Positions 39,214 through 52,272 of a stretch of 64,000 bases of DNA are shown in pieces (within the stretch, counting starts at the first letter, position 1; every line of letters starts with the position of its first letter). The notes under the pieces are model-generated. The model did no database searches. It saw only the letters and a program-made list of their open reading frames with translations, and had not been told where the DNA came from. The stretch spans positions 20,274,001 to 20,338,000 of the forward strand of contig NC_043017.1 of NCBI RefSeq assembly GCF_006345805.1. The letters run 5' to 3'. The DNA comes from Octopus sinensis (lineage: Eukaryota). Both the position numbers and the translations under genes were made by a program.

Positions 39214-42200
39214 TATGGCTATGTATATGTGTGCACACATGTCCATGTGTGTGCTTGCTTTGATAATGTATGACAGTTGAGTGCTGAGAAATAGTAGCTA
39301 AATCACTTACAAATCACCCTGTTGACTTACAAAAAAAGATAGGACGAAGGTCACATTGATTAATGTAATCCTTGGTGTACTCTGCCTGATAAAAAATTGA
39401 CAGAATAGTTTGTGGCTGGAATGTCTTTGATTATGGGTCTTAGGATTAGGGTCACCTAGGGGACTAAATAACAACAACAACAACGATAGCAAAAACAAAT
39501 CCTCTCTTCGTGAACGAGAATCAATTTATCAGCCAGAATTTCTACTAGAGAAGAGATAAGCAATTGTTTGTGTGTGTGTGTGTGTAAGTGTGTGTGTATG
39601 TGTGTGCATATTGTTGATATGTCTTTCTATGTGTTTGCATGAGTATGTGTGAGTGCATGTATGTGTGTTTGGATGTAAATGTATGTGTATGTCTGTGTGT
39701 GTGTGTGTGTGTATTTGAGTGCATGTGTGAATATATGCTTATACAAGTGTGTGTCTGTGCATGCATGTATGAGTGTCTCTGTGTGTGTATGTGTGTGCAT
39801 GTGTGAGAATATTCATGCTACTATAAGTATGTATGTGTATATATATATATAGTGTGTGTAAATATATGTGCATGCATGTGTGTGCTTGTATGTGTGCACA
39901 CATGAGAGTTTGCATGTGTGTGCTTAGATGCACATAGATAATTATGTGTGTGTGTTTGAAAGTACATATATGAATGTATATATGATGATTTGTGTATATA
40001 TATATACATGTGTGTATAAATATATGTGTGTCAGTGTGTCTATGAATGCACTGTGGTAATAGTAGTAGTAGTAGTAGTGGTGGTGGTGGTGGTGACAGAG
40101 ATGACTTAGTAGGGTCACCTGGTTATCAATTCGTTTTATTTTCTTATTTTTGTTATTTCATAACGTTTTATTTTATTTATTTATTTATTTATTTATCAAT
40201 TTATATTTATTTATTTATTTACCATTCCAAAATCATTAAGGACAAGTCCCTTCTCCACATGCTGCCACCTCCTCACCTCCATTGCTAGAATGAAAACGCC
40301 CCCACCCCCTTTCCCCCTGTGGCAGCGGGGTGGGTCACCTGGGGTACGGAGGAAATTCCGAAGCCCTTACCCCAACGCCACCCTATCCCACCCCACCTGC
40401 TGTGAAAGAGGAGTGTATAGGAAGGAGTTGGAGTGGGCAAACATTTATTTATTTATTTGTTTATTTATTTGTTTATTTATTTGTTTATTTATTTGTTTAA
40501 CCAATTCCTGACTCAGAGAAAACGAAATATTTGTCCAACTGTTCAAATCTCCAGCCAGCCAGCCAACCAATCGGACTCTCTGGACCCCCAGATCAAAGAG
40601 ATGAAATAATTGGTAACTGATAAATGTGTCAGTATGTTTTCATGTAGGGGGGGTTGGAAGGAAGGGGTGGAGAGTTCTCATTTGTTTGGGAGCAGGGAGA
40701 GAGAGAGAAGGGGAAGGATCAATATTTCACTGCTTCATAGAAGAGTGGCGGAGGTGGAAGTGGATTTGGGACACTGATGGTGCAGGTAGCGGGGGTGGGG
40801 TGGGGTTTATGTATTATTTATTTATTATTTAATAATAATGATTACTTGTAATGATATATTGACATATGTACACAAAATATATATATATGGTGTGTGTGTG
40901 TGTGTGTGTAAGCATGCATGTATATGTATGTGTGCATTCAGTGTTTGTGATTGTGTGTACCTGCACCCATGTGAGTAAATATATCCTCATGCATGCTTGC
41001 ATGCCAAAATATCATTGATTATGTGAACCTGTATATTTTGACAAATATAAGTACACACAGATACAATTATATGTCCATATACATGTATATATATATGTAT
41101 GTGTGAGTATAAATACATACAAACTTACATATATACATATATATCTACATATACATGCATATCTATATGTTGTGTATGGGGGTACATTGCCCCCTGACAA
41201 AATGACTGGAATATTTTACATATTTCTACAATTCCATTAATGGACTGTAATTGTAATTTCTTAATTAGTCATATTGTTTCTGTTTTCTGGTTTTATGTAT
41301 TTGTGCACTTTGTGTACATGGTGTCTATATATATGCATGACTATATATATTTATCTATATAAACACGTGTGAATTCTGCATGAATTAGGAAATTGATTGA
41401 AATTTTGTAAATAGGATTATAAGCCTTCACTATATTTTGAATACAGAACATAGTGTAATATTAGGGCATATAAGCAACTGAAAAAAATGGGTATTCCATC
41501 ATGGGGGATAATATGCACTAATATTAGACTGTTTTCAACTGTCAATATATAGTGAAGGCTTATAATTCTATATAAATACCTACATATATATAGAGATACA
41601 TGTGTGTGTGTGTGTGTGTATAAGCAGATGTTAAACGATGACGATGATGATGTTATGTGTGTATATACATATATATACATACTTACATCTATGTATATAA
41701 ATATATATTTTAAATTTTATATTTCATATTTTATATATTTTGTATATTATATTAATTATTTTTATTTTTATGTTTTGGTTTATGTTTTTCAATGTTTGAT
41801 TTGCCTAATAGTGGTTTTATCTCTACTTTAATTTATATATGTATATATATATATATATATATAAGTCCCAAATCCCAAATAACCATAGATATGACTCAGG
41901 GTTGGCTCCAGGTGTGACGTAGGTACAAAAGAAGAACACCAATCAGGTTTAGAATCTACAATTTGTGGTCTTTCATATATATGGAGAAAGAGAGAGAGAG
42001 AGAGAGTGTGCAAATGACCAAGTTCCATTGGCTTCTTTTTTAGCAAAGTGCCAAATCATAGACTGGATATATAAACAGACATACACATATTCCATGCAAA
42101 CATACATACAATGGCCTTCTAAATAGGTCTCTAAGCACCAAATTTTCTTACAAGGTGGTGATGGTGGTGGTGACGATGATGTTGGTGGTTGTCGTGATGG

Positions 42201-43529
42201 TTGTCGGGTGATGGTTTCCTATTATGAAAGCAGTGGGTATGATTCCATCAATTAAGCACCAAGGCATGTGTTTCCAATGATTGTTAGAAAAAAATTCTGT
42301 TATAATAATCATGGTCACACATCTGGTTGGGTGGCTGGGTGGCTAGGTTTACTATTCATTGCTATTACTGTTGTTAAACCACCCTCTCCCTCCCCCCCCA
42401 TCTCCTTTCCAGGTGAACCCTCATTAAGCAAAAATCATTATCAAAGAGCATTTTAGCTGCTGTGATCATCCTGCCTTTTAAATACAAGGTATGTAGGAAA
42501 ACATTGTTGAATGAACCTTCCCCTGTTGGGTGAGATTTAAGGGTAATTTAGCTGCTATTTCTGACAGATTGAGCAACAATGCAGAGCAGTGGTCCCTGGG
42601 CTTTTTTTTTTGCCTAGGGACCCCTCTCATTGCTATTTTGTTCTACTGGACCTTCATAGCCAGTCAATGTCTATCTGTGTGTGTGTGTGTGTGTGAGAAA
42701 TAAGGATAGACTCAACTTTATCTTATAGTTCCTACACATGTTTCACCATTATGGTTGTTTGGATCCCTGCAATAATCATTCCAAGAACATTTAGATAACT
42801 CAAGCACAACAGGCCATCAGCGAACACTTTATTGGAATAAATAACAGTTATCTATGTTCTACATACATACATACATACATACATACATACATGCATACAC
42901 ACACATACATATATATATAGACATACATACTTAAATCCACACACATACAAATATGCATACACATTCATACACACACACAGATATATATATATACATATAT
43001 GTACCTATATAGATTCACACACACATATGTACACGCATGCACACACACACACAGAGAAACGCACACATATAAATATATACATATACATCTATCCAGATAC
43101 ACAAACACACATATATATATATATATATATATAATTACATATACACCCTACCTTACTCATTCAATCCCTCACATCTCCATTCCTATACACATTCTCCAAA
43201 CCCAAAAAAACAACCTCCTATCATATTTCATATTCCTTTTTAATTCCCTGGTTAGGGATGTCACCAAGAATATAAAAATAATCTCTCTACCAATCTCCTT
43301 AACCTTTGGGGACCATTCTTCACATTTATTACAAGAATCAGATAAATATTATTTGGGAGTGGTGGTGGTGGTGAGGCAAGGTTTGGTGGGTGCATGTGGG
43401 TTTGTAGGGATATCGGCAAGATCCCTTTTATGTTATATCACATAAAACTAACAAAAGAATAATATATAATACATTCATATTCATTATATGTATATGCATA
43501 TTGTGTATATATAATATATATATATATAA

Positions 43530-43574
<45 letters not shown>

Positions 43575-45030
43575 TATATACACACACATAGATATGTATT
43601 GTTAAATTAAATTTGGTTTTGAATCCTAAAGGATCGAGGTTTTTCGTATAATCTTTAAAAATCTATGTAATCATTTTCAAAAAATCTCTCAATCTTATCT
43701 TCAATCTTACCTTTTTTTTTTTATTATTTAAATGTACATCTTATTATTTACTTTTCATCTTTAATTTTTTTTAGTTTTTAAAAGAATTTTTTTTTAAATA
43801 TTGAAATTTTTGTTTTTGTTATTTTTTCGCAATGGAAATAGTTTCTGCGGATTATTTTATTTTCACACATTTGTCTGTCAAATGATGTTTTCAATTTTTA
43901 TTTTTATCTCTTCTACCATCCTTGTTTTTTTTTTTTTTTTCTTCTTAAAAAAACTAAAAAGTATTTCACGCAATTTTATTAGAAATAAATATGATTTTTG
44001 AAAAAAGCTAAAATAAAAAAGCCATAAACCAATTTTTTTTAATCTAGATATTGCAATCTTTTTTTCCTTCATTCTTCTTTTCCTCTTCCTTCTCTTGTCT
44101 CTCCTCCCCCCATTCCACTTACCCCCTCCCCACTCCCAGCGATTTATTCTTGCAATTTCTTTATTTCAGTTGATTCATATTCCGTCATTCTGATTTGTCA
44201 GACACGCTGACAAAGTTAAATAAATATATAACGATAATGACAGTAAATAATGACGACGATGATGATGATGATGATGACGATAACAATGATGATGATGATG
44301 AGGATAATAATAATAATAATAATAACAACAATAATAATAATCATCATAAAACATTTAAGAAAATATGACAATTTCTACCAGACAGACAAACAAAAAAAAA
44401 AAAAAGAAAAAAATGGAATCAAAACGATAAAAAGCCCACTCTACCACCCTCTCCTCCTGCTGCCAAAAAATGGTAAAAAAATGCAATTAAACAGCAAATG
44501 TGTTTTAGAACATTTCTAGAGATGATAACCAAAAAAAAAAAAACAAATAGTAAAAAAAAAAAAATAATAATAATAATGATAAATGGCAAGGATGTTCTTG
44601 CTAATATTTAAAACATTACAATATCTCTTTTAGATATGAATGATTTCTGTCCACTGAATAACTGGAGCACCAATTTTAACCAAACATTGGGAAGTCATAT
44701 AGTTTTTACTATGAGACAAAGTAGAGAACCATATTTCGCCTTTGAGGTGGTAGGTGGTGGCATGGTGGTACATTTCTAGTCCTTTTTTTCTTAATCTGTT
44801 TCAGTCATTAGAGTGCGACCATGCTGGGGCACTGCCTTGGATTTTTTTAGTTGAATGAATCAACCCCAATACTTAATTTTAAGCCTGGCACTTATTCTAT
44901 TGCTCTCCTTCAGCTGAACTGCTAAGTTACACACACACACACACATATATATATATACATGCATATATATATATATATATATATATTATATACACATATA
45001 TATATATATGTCTATACACACATACACACA

Positions 45031-45287
45031 CATCATCATCATCATCATTTAACGTCCGTTTTCCGTGCTAGCACGGGTTGGACGGTTCGACTGGGATCTG
45101 GAAAGCCAGGAGGCTGCACCAGGCTCCAGTCTGATCTGGCAGTGTTTCTACATCTGGATGCCCTTCCTAACGCCAACCACTCTGTGAGTGTAGTGGGTGC
45201 TTTTTACGTGTTACCGGCACAGGTGCCAGGGGAGTTTGGCAGCGGCCATGATCGGTTGGTGCTTTTTACATGCCACCGGCACAGAAG
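45031..45287 (-). mobile_element. Family E copy including units related to the 66-bp array
   Basis: (CAT)n-TTTAACGTCCG...GGATGCCCTTCCTAACGCC...GTGCTTTTTACGTG. Confidence 0.88.
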
Positions 45288-45324
45288 ATAAATATCTATA
45301 TACATACATACATATATGTACGTT

Positions 45325-45700
45325 GCACTCTGTCGGTTACAATGACGAGGGTTCCAGTGGATCCGATCAATGGAACAGCCTGATCATGAAATTAACGTGT
45401 AAGTCGTTGAGCACTCCACAAACATGTGCACCATTAATGTAGTTCTCAGGGGAGATTTAGCATGACAAAGAGTGCGACAAGGCTGACCCCTTTGAAATGC
45501 AGGTACAACAAAAACAGGAAGAAACAGTGAGAAAAAGTTTTGGTGAAAGAGTACAGCAGGGTTCATTACCCCACCCCTATCGGAGCCTTGTGAAGCTTTA
45601 GGCATTTTCACTCAATAAACACTCACAACACCCGGTCTGGGAATCGAAACCGCGATCCTATAACCACTAGTCCACTGCCCTAACCACTGGGCCATTGTGC
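45325..45700 (-). mobile_element. Chimeric SINE: tRNA head, family D body, family C1 tail
   Basis: 45510-45700 matches family D; 45325-45509 is the reverse complement of 45840-46020. Confidence 0.85.
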
Positions 45701-45701
45701 A

Positions 45702-46022
45702 TGAAGGCATGTGGCTTAGTGGTTGGAGCATTTGGCTCATGATCGTAAGGTTGTGAGTTCAATTCCCGGTGATGTGTTGTGTCCTTGGGCAAGACACTTT
45801 ATTTCCTGTTACTCCAGTCCACTCAGCTGCCAAAAATGAGTTGTACCTGTAATTCAAGGGGCCAGCCTTGTCACACTCTGTGTCATCTTGAATCTCCCTG
45901 AGAACTACATTAAGGGCACATTTGTCTGTGGAGTGCTCAGCCACTTGCACGGTAATTTGATGAGCAGGCTGTTCCATTGATCGTATCAGCTGGGACCCTT
46001 GTTTTAACCAACGGAGTGCTCC
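45702..46022 (+). mobile_element. SINE family C1 (tRNA head, CORE-like body), full length
   Basis: A box TGGCTTAGTGG, B box AGTTCAATTCC, then GTGTCCTTGGGCAAGACACTT...CTCAGCTG..AAAATGAG resembling the CORE domain. Confidence 0.88.
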
Positions 46023-46024
46023 TA

Positions 46025-46061
<37 letters not shown>

Positions 46062-46937
46062 ACATGAGCTGCATTCTCGTATATGCACAAAGCCATTGCT
46101 ATAAAGGATCATTCAAGTGAGTCATTGATAATGCAATGTGAGGCCCTTATATGACTCTTGAGTCCTGGTACTTATTTATCAACTGGTACTCCTTTTAACA
46201 ACCCAGAAAGGATGAAAGGCCAAGTGAACCTCGGCGTAAAGAAGGGCAAAATGCTACCAAGAATTTTGCCATGTGTGCTAACAACTCTGCCATCTCACCT
46301 CCTCAATAATACAAGTCGTAATAATTCTGATGATGATGATGATGGTGGTAGTGGTGATGATAATGATGATGATGGCGGTGGTGGTGATAATTATGGTTTG
46401 TGACTGCATAAACTTAGCATATGCTTTCCTTTTCTTCTTCATATCGTATTGTGATTCTTGTTTCAGAATAATGGAACCCTGGTAAACAAAGAGACTAGTT
46501 TGAAAACTAAAGAGTATGGAAATAAGAAGGAACCAATAAACAAATGCAAGAATTGAGTAAATAAATAAATGAATGAATGATGGATGGCTGAATGAATATA
46601 TGAATGAATGGAATTTGGGCAAGTGGGATGAGGTGAGGATGGGGCTAGATGTCAGTGTTAAGGAATGGGAGGTTTGGTTGATTGTCTTTGAAATTTTAAA
46701 GAAAGAGGTGGTTTTATTTAAGTCTTGTGTACACTGGCGCTACCTGGAGAATAGGTTAGACTTGGATGGTAAGAAAGGGAACCACAAAAGAAAGACAAAT
46801 AGACTGACAGACTGATAAATTGATTGATTGTGAGAGGCTGAGGGTAAATAAATAGATGGTAGACAGACAAAACCATGCAGACAGACACAAAAGAATATAT
46901 ATATATATATATATGTATATATATGTATTATGTAGTA

Positions 46938-46972
<35 letters not shown>

Positions 46973-47110
46973 GATATATAATTATATATATATAATATAT
47001 ATATATATATATGTATATATACATGTATATATATATATGTATATGTATATACGTTACACAAGAGTTATGGAGTGAAGTAGGAAAGATTAGGGATAGATAT
47101 GTTACATAAT

Positions 47111-47176
47111 AAGCAGAACCACAGAAGTGGTAAAATCCACATTTTTGTTTTGGACTTTACCACTTCAGAGTTCGTT
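47111..47176. ncRNA. Pre-miRNA-like hairpin (unvalidated)
   Basis: GAAGTGGTAAA/TTTACCACTTC (11 bp), one mismatch, TCCA/TGGA, 11-nt loop, outer GAAC/GTTC. Confidence 0.25.
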
Positions 47177-47749
47177 CACTATGAAACATATGTAGCCCGG
47201 ATCTTTCCAACTGCATTCTGTAACTCTTGTGCTCTTATTTACACACACCACAACCCTGGTCGCCTACTGTGGAATATAAAAAGATCTTCCAAGAAGATCC
47301 GTCCAACCCATGCCAGCACGGAAAATGGACGTTAAACAATGATGATGATGATGATGATATATATTATATTATATATCCTGATGCTTTGTGTTCTGTTTCT
47401 ACTGTTTACCAAAACCAATATGCAAAGGTGGTGTATACACACTCTCAAATAAGCATGTATTTAATAATAGTGAGGGAGGGAAAAAGAGAGAGAGAGAGAG
47501 AGAGGGGGGTGGAGAGAAAAGATGAGAGATGTGTTTCAAAATGTATAAGCATGAGCGGATGAGGAACAAGATGTTTAAATATTGAGATAGAGATTGAAAA
47601 TGATTTTAATAATTATAAAGGAAAGAAAAGAAATGATTAAATAATTAAATAAACTAAAAACAAACATTGAATGATTTAGAATAAAAGATATGAGAGGAGA
47701 GCCAGGAATGAGAGGAGAGCCAGGACTTGGGAATGTGTTTGTGCCTTCA

Positions 47750-47776
47750 GTGTGGTGGTGATGATGGCAATGGTGA

Positions 47777-47808
<32 letters not shown>

Positions 47809-47842
47809 ATGATGATGATGGTGGTGATGATGGTAGTGGTGG

Positions 47843-47876
<34 letters not shown>

Positions 47877-47911
47877 GATGATGATGATGGTGGTGATGAT
47901 GGTAGTGGTGG

Positions 47912-47945
<34 letters not shown>

Positions 47946-47986
47946 GGTGATGATGATGGTGGTGATGATGGTAGTGGTGGTGATGA

Positions 47987-48018
<32 letters not shown>

Positions 48019-48130
48019 ATGATGATGATGTTGATGTTCATGATGATGGTGGTGATGATGGTGTTGACAATGAGGATGATGGAAGTGATGATGTATATGG
48101 TGGTAGTGATGATGGTAGTGGTGGTGATGA

Positions 48131-48162
<32 letters not shown>

Positions 48163-48330
48163 ATGATGATGATGTTGATGTTCATGATGATGGTGGTGAT
48201 GATGGTGTTGACAATGAGGATGATGGAAGTGATGATGTATATGGTGGTAGTGATGATGGTGATGGTAGTAGTGGTGGTGGCAGTGGTGATCATTGAGACA
48301 GTGGTGGTGGTTGTGATGGTGATGGTGGTG
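47750..48330. repeat. (GAT/GGT)n minisatellite with internal 144-bp duplication
   Basis: GTTGATGTTCATGATG...GTTGACAATGAGG at 48030 and 48174. Confidence 0.92.
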
Positions 48331-48669
48331 GTGTCTGTGACTGAATCAGCCAGCACCACCCCAAAAATTTCAGGCCTTGTGCCCTAGAGTAGAAAGGATT
48401 ATGGGACGGAAGGAGTAGGAGTTGGGGGGTGGGGCGTTAAAATGCACATAAAAGAGTTTGGCTGGTTGGTCTAGAGGGAGTTGGGGGGGCGTTGGTGGTC
48501 TTGGAGTCAGCCAGTGAGTCTAGGGTCTGAAAGAACTGGAGACAAATATAGAGGATCATATAGGCATTAGCAGGTCCTGGATGGGGTCAGGGTGATGGTG
48601 GTAGTGTTTTGGTGGGTGGGTGGGGGGTAGAGCCTGGAAAACGGGGTGGGGGAGGTAGAGGTTTGTTAT

Positions 48670-49284
48670 GAGTGAGAGGGAGGGAAGGAGGAAGAGATTA
48701 CAAGGGAGACAGAAAAAGAAATGAAATAAGAGAGATAGAGGTGAAGGAAGAGATAGGATAGAAGAGAATGATAGAGAAGAGAAAGAGGGAGAGAGAAAGA
48801 GACAGAGAGACAGGAAGAGAGAGAAAATAGAGAGAGAAAGACGGAGACGTGGAGAGAGGGAGGGAGAAGAGAAAAAGAGAGAGTGGAAGGGTAAGAGAAA
48901 TGGGACGGGGAGAGAGAGAGAGAGAGCAATTGAGAGAGAAAGAGGGAGAGAAGAGAAAGAGAGATGGGGAGAGAGAGAAAGAGAGGAAAAGGAGGGAAGA
49001 GAGAGGGAGAGGTGAGAGGTGGAGTAGGAAAGAGAGAAGGAGTGGAGGAGGAGGGGAAAGAGATATTAAAGACTTGAAATGAAACTGGTGGAGCCAGAGA
49101 AAGAAGTTGGAGGTGGATGGAGGTGAGAGGAGGTCTCTTTAGGGAGGAAGAGAGACAAGGATGCGGTGGGGAGAGGAAGTGAAGGAGGGGCAGTATGACA
49201 AGAGGTCCAACAAGATAAGGAAATAGGGGTGAGGTGGGGGATGAAATGGCGGGAGGTGGGGGAAGAACCATGGGAGTGGGGAAG

Positions 49285-49320
<36 letters not shown>
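48670..49320. repeat. Polypurine (GA-rich) tract
   Basis: Strong purine skew on the + strand. Confidence 0.85.
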
Positions 49321-49321
<1 letters not shown>

Positions 49322-49954
49322 GCCTTTAAAACAAAGAATTACATCCAGAAGACAGTTTGGTGAGTGTCAAAGAGGAATATTGTGTGTGAAGTTGGATTAA
49401 TGGCAGTGATGATGATAATGATGATATGTTGGTAGTGGTGATGATGATGATGATGATGGTGGTAGTGAAATGTATGTGTGTGTGTATATATACATATAGA
49501 TAGATGTCAATGACACTGTGTGCATGTGTGTGTGTGTGTGTATATATGTGTGTATGTGTATGTGTGTGGGCATAACTGGCAGCCACACAGTTATGATGAT
49601 GAGGGTTCCAGTTGATCTGATCAATGGAAAAGCCTGCTTGAGAAAATAAGATGCAAGAGGTTAGGGTATTCAGCTCATGATCCTAAGATTCTGTGTTCAA
49701 TTCCTGGTGACGCATTGTGTCCTTGAGCAAGATACTTTATTTCACATTGCTCCAGTCCACTCAGCTGGCAAAACTGAGTAGCACAGTAATCCCTCGACTA
49801 TTCCGAGTGTTATATTCCAAAAATCCGCGAAATACAAATGGTACTGTGCTGTATATTTTTTTAATTATTTTTATAATTTGTATATATTTATTTTATTACA
49901 GAGATGTACTTGCATAGCAAGTGACCTGATCTGAGATCATGTGCTGAAACAAAA

Positions 49955-50451
49955 ACAATTGCAGCGTGGAAGGTGTTTATAAGGCATTTAAAAACACACA
50001 AAAACCATCAGATTCACTTCAACATCTGAATTTAACCCTTTCGTTACCAACCCAGCTGAAACCGGCTCTGGATCTGAGTACAAATGTTTTGTTTTCATAA
50101 GTTTTGAATTAAAATCTTCCACCAAACCTTAGCCACAATTTATGTTCCTAACAGTAGCTTAATGATAACTAAGTTATTTTACTAAATTCTTTGTTATATT
50201 TAAAGTAATTGAAAGAAACACAGAGCACCTCAAAATAAATACAGTAACAAAAGGGTTAATTTGTCAAAATATTTTCATTGCTTTCAGACCGAGACCTGTT
50301 CACTGATGCAGCATGGAATTTTGTCAGTGAACAGGTTGAGGTTTCAAAGCGAAGAAAATATTTTGACAAATTAAATTTAAATGTTGAAGGGAATCTAATT
50401 GATTTTGTGTGTTTTTAAATGGCTTATAAACACCTTCCACGCTGCAATTGT
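49955..50451. mobile_element. Foldback (palindromic) element
   Basis: Arms 49955-50306 (minus the nested insert) and 50324-50451 are complementary over ~128 bp; 17-nt loop. Confidence 0.88.
50036..50255. mobile_element. piggyBac-type MITE, 220 bp
   Basis: TTAA|CCCTTTCGTTAC...GTAACAAAAGGG|TTAA; the opposite foldback arm shows the empty single TTAA site. Confidence 0.92.
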
Positions 50452-51108
50452 ATTTATTGTATTATAAATTCAAAACAACACTTTGGAGGAATCGACCTAA
50501 GCTTAAATAATAAACTATTATAGGTGAACCGTGATATGTGAACCGTGAAAGGTGAACAGCGAAAGGTGAACCACGATAGGAGAGCTGCGATATGGCGAGG
50601 GACTACTGTACCTGTAATTCAAAGGGGTAAGCCTTGTCGCATTCTGTGCGACACTGAATGTCTCTGAGAACTACATTAAGGGTATACGTGTCTGTGGAGT
50701 ACTCAACCACTTGCATGTTAATTTCACGAGCAGGCTGTCCCATTGATCGGATCAACTGGAGCCCATGTTGTTGTAACCTGCGGAGCATTGGTGTTTTGGT
50801 CTGTGTATTTTTGTATGTGTGCCTCTGCCTTCACGTGCATCTGTGTATGTGCATGTATGAAGCCTAGTATTCATTTTCTGTCTCTTTTTGCAGAACTGTT
50901 TAGCTACAGGGATGTAAACAAACCAGCACCAGTTGTCAAGCAGTTGTGGGGTATAAACACAAACACAAAAACACATACATAATATATACATACATGCATA
51001 CATACATACACCACACCACACATATATAATATATATATATATATATATACACACACACCCATGCCAGCATGGAATATGGATGTTAAACAATGATGATGAT
51101 TATAGGAT

Positions 51109-51140
<32 letters not shown>

Positions 51141-51348
51141 CACACCCATGCCAGCATGGAAAATGGATGTTAAACGATGATGATGATATATGTATATATA
51201 TATATATATAGAGAGAGAGAGATTATGAATCTATATCTAATAACATTTGCACATAAATGCATTCTCATGCATGCATGTACATGAAGATACATACATGTAT
51301 GTACTTACACACATACAGAAAGATATTTATATGCATATAAATGGACAT

Positions 51349-51641
51349 GTGGAGGCGCAATGGCCTAGTGGTTAGGACAGCGGACTCGCGGTCGCAGGAT
51401 CGCGGTTTCGATTCCCAGACCGGGCGTTGTGAGTGTTTATTGAGCGAAAACATCTAAAAGCTCCATGAGGCTCCGGCAGGGGGTGGTGATCCCTGCTGTA
51501 CTCTTTCACCACTCTTTCTTCTGTTGGCCTGCTAGCTTAGCCAGCGGGGTGGCGTCATTCGAAGGCTAAAACAATGCGAACGCATTGTGACCAGCGATAT
51601 GTAACAACATCTGATGGTCTGGTCGGTCACGTGATCACGGG
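51349..51641 (+). mobile_element. SINE family D, full length, young
   Basis: CpG-rich tRNA-like head (TGGCCTAGTGG, GTTTCGATTCC); TSD AT(A/T)AATGGACAT at 51337-51348 and 51642-51653. Confidence 0.93.
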
Positions 51642-52216
51642 ATTAATGGACATATATATGGATATACAGACACAAATATAGATGAACAACACACATGACA
51701 ATGCACGCACACACACACACCAATCTCTTTCTCTCTCTCTGTATATATGTGAATATGCATGCCTATGTGTGTGTGTGTGTCTGTGTGTGAAAGCGAGAGA
51801 ATGAGAAAAATTAAGATCCCCCAAAAGATGAACTTGATTTTTATTGATTTTTTCACCAGATATGGTTCTTACATTGTGTCTATCCGTCTCTTTCATTTTC
51901 TATGTATATATATATATATATATATACTATATATATATATATTATATATATATATATATATATGATAGATAAATGTGTATCAGAAAGAGGAGAAAGAGCA
52001 TGAGAAGAAAGAAGTGGTTAATATCTTTCCTTCCCTTCTGCCTAGGTGAAGTTCGATTTTATATGCCTGTCCCCTTCCACCAGTAACTAACCTAACCACA
52101 TCCATCATGCCTCTATTACTCTCTTTATATACACATACATACATATTATGTATATATATATATGTATTATATATATACATATAAATATATATATTATATG
52201 TATTATAATAATATAC

Positions 52217-52272
<56 letters not shown>

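Larger units (their letters stand above)
49784..50608. mobile_element. Tigger/pogo-like MITE
   Basis: TIR CAGTAATCCCTCG / CGAGGGACTACTG; TA on the right and CA on the left; 14-bp subterminal tandem GGTGAACCGTGAWA-like repeats. Confidence 0.8.
49659..50788 (+). mobile_element. SINE family C1 split by a MITE (pieces 49659-49783 and 50609-50788)
   Basis: Removing 49784-50608 and one copy of the TSD restores ...GAGTAG(TA)CCTGTAATTCAAAGGGG, as in the intact copy at ~45838-45860. Confidence 0.9.

Noticed and set aside
42587-42670. hAT-type MITE (CAGTGGTCCC start)
   Set aside because: No matching right TIR or 8-bp TSD found.
51349-51425. tRNA gene (also 10562-10630, 45702-45770, 58887-58960)
   Set aside because: A/B boxes are present but there is no acceptor stem or full cloverleaf; each continues into a repeated body, so these are SINE heads.
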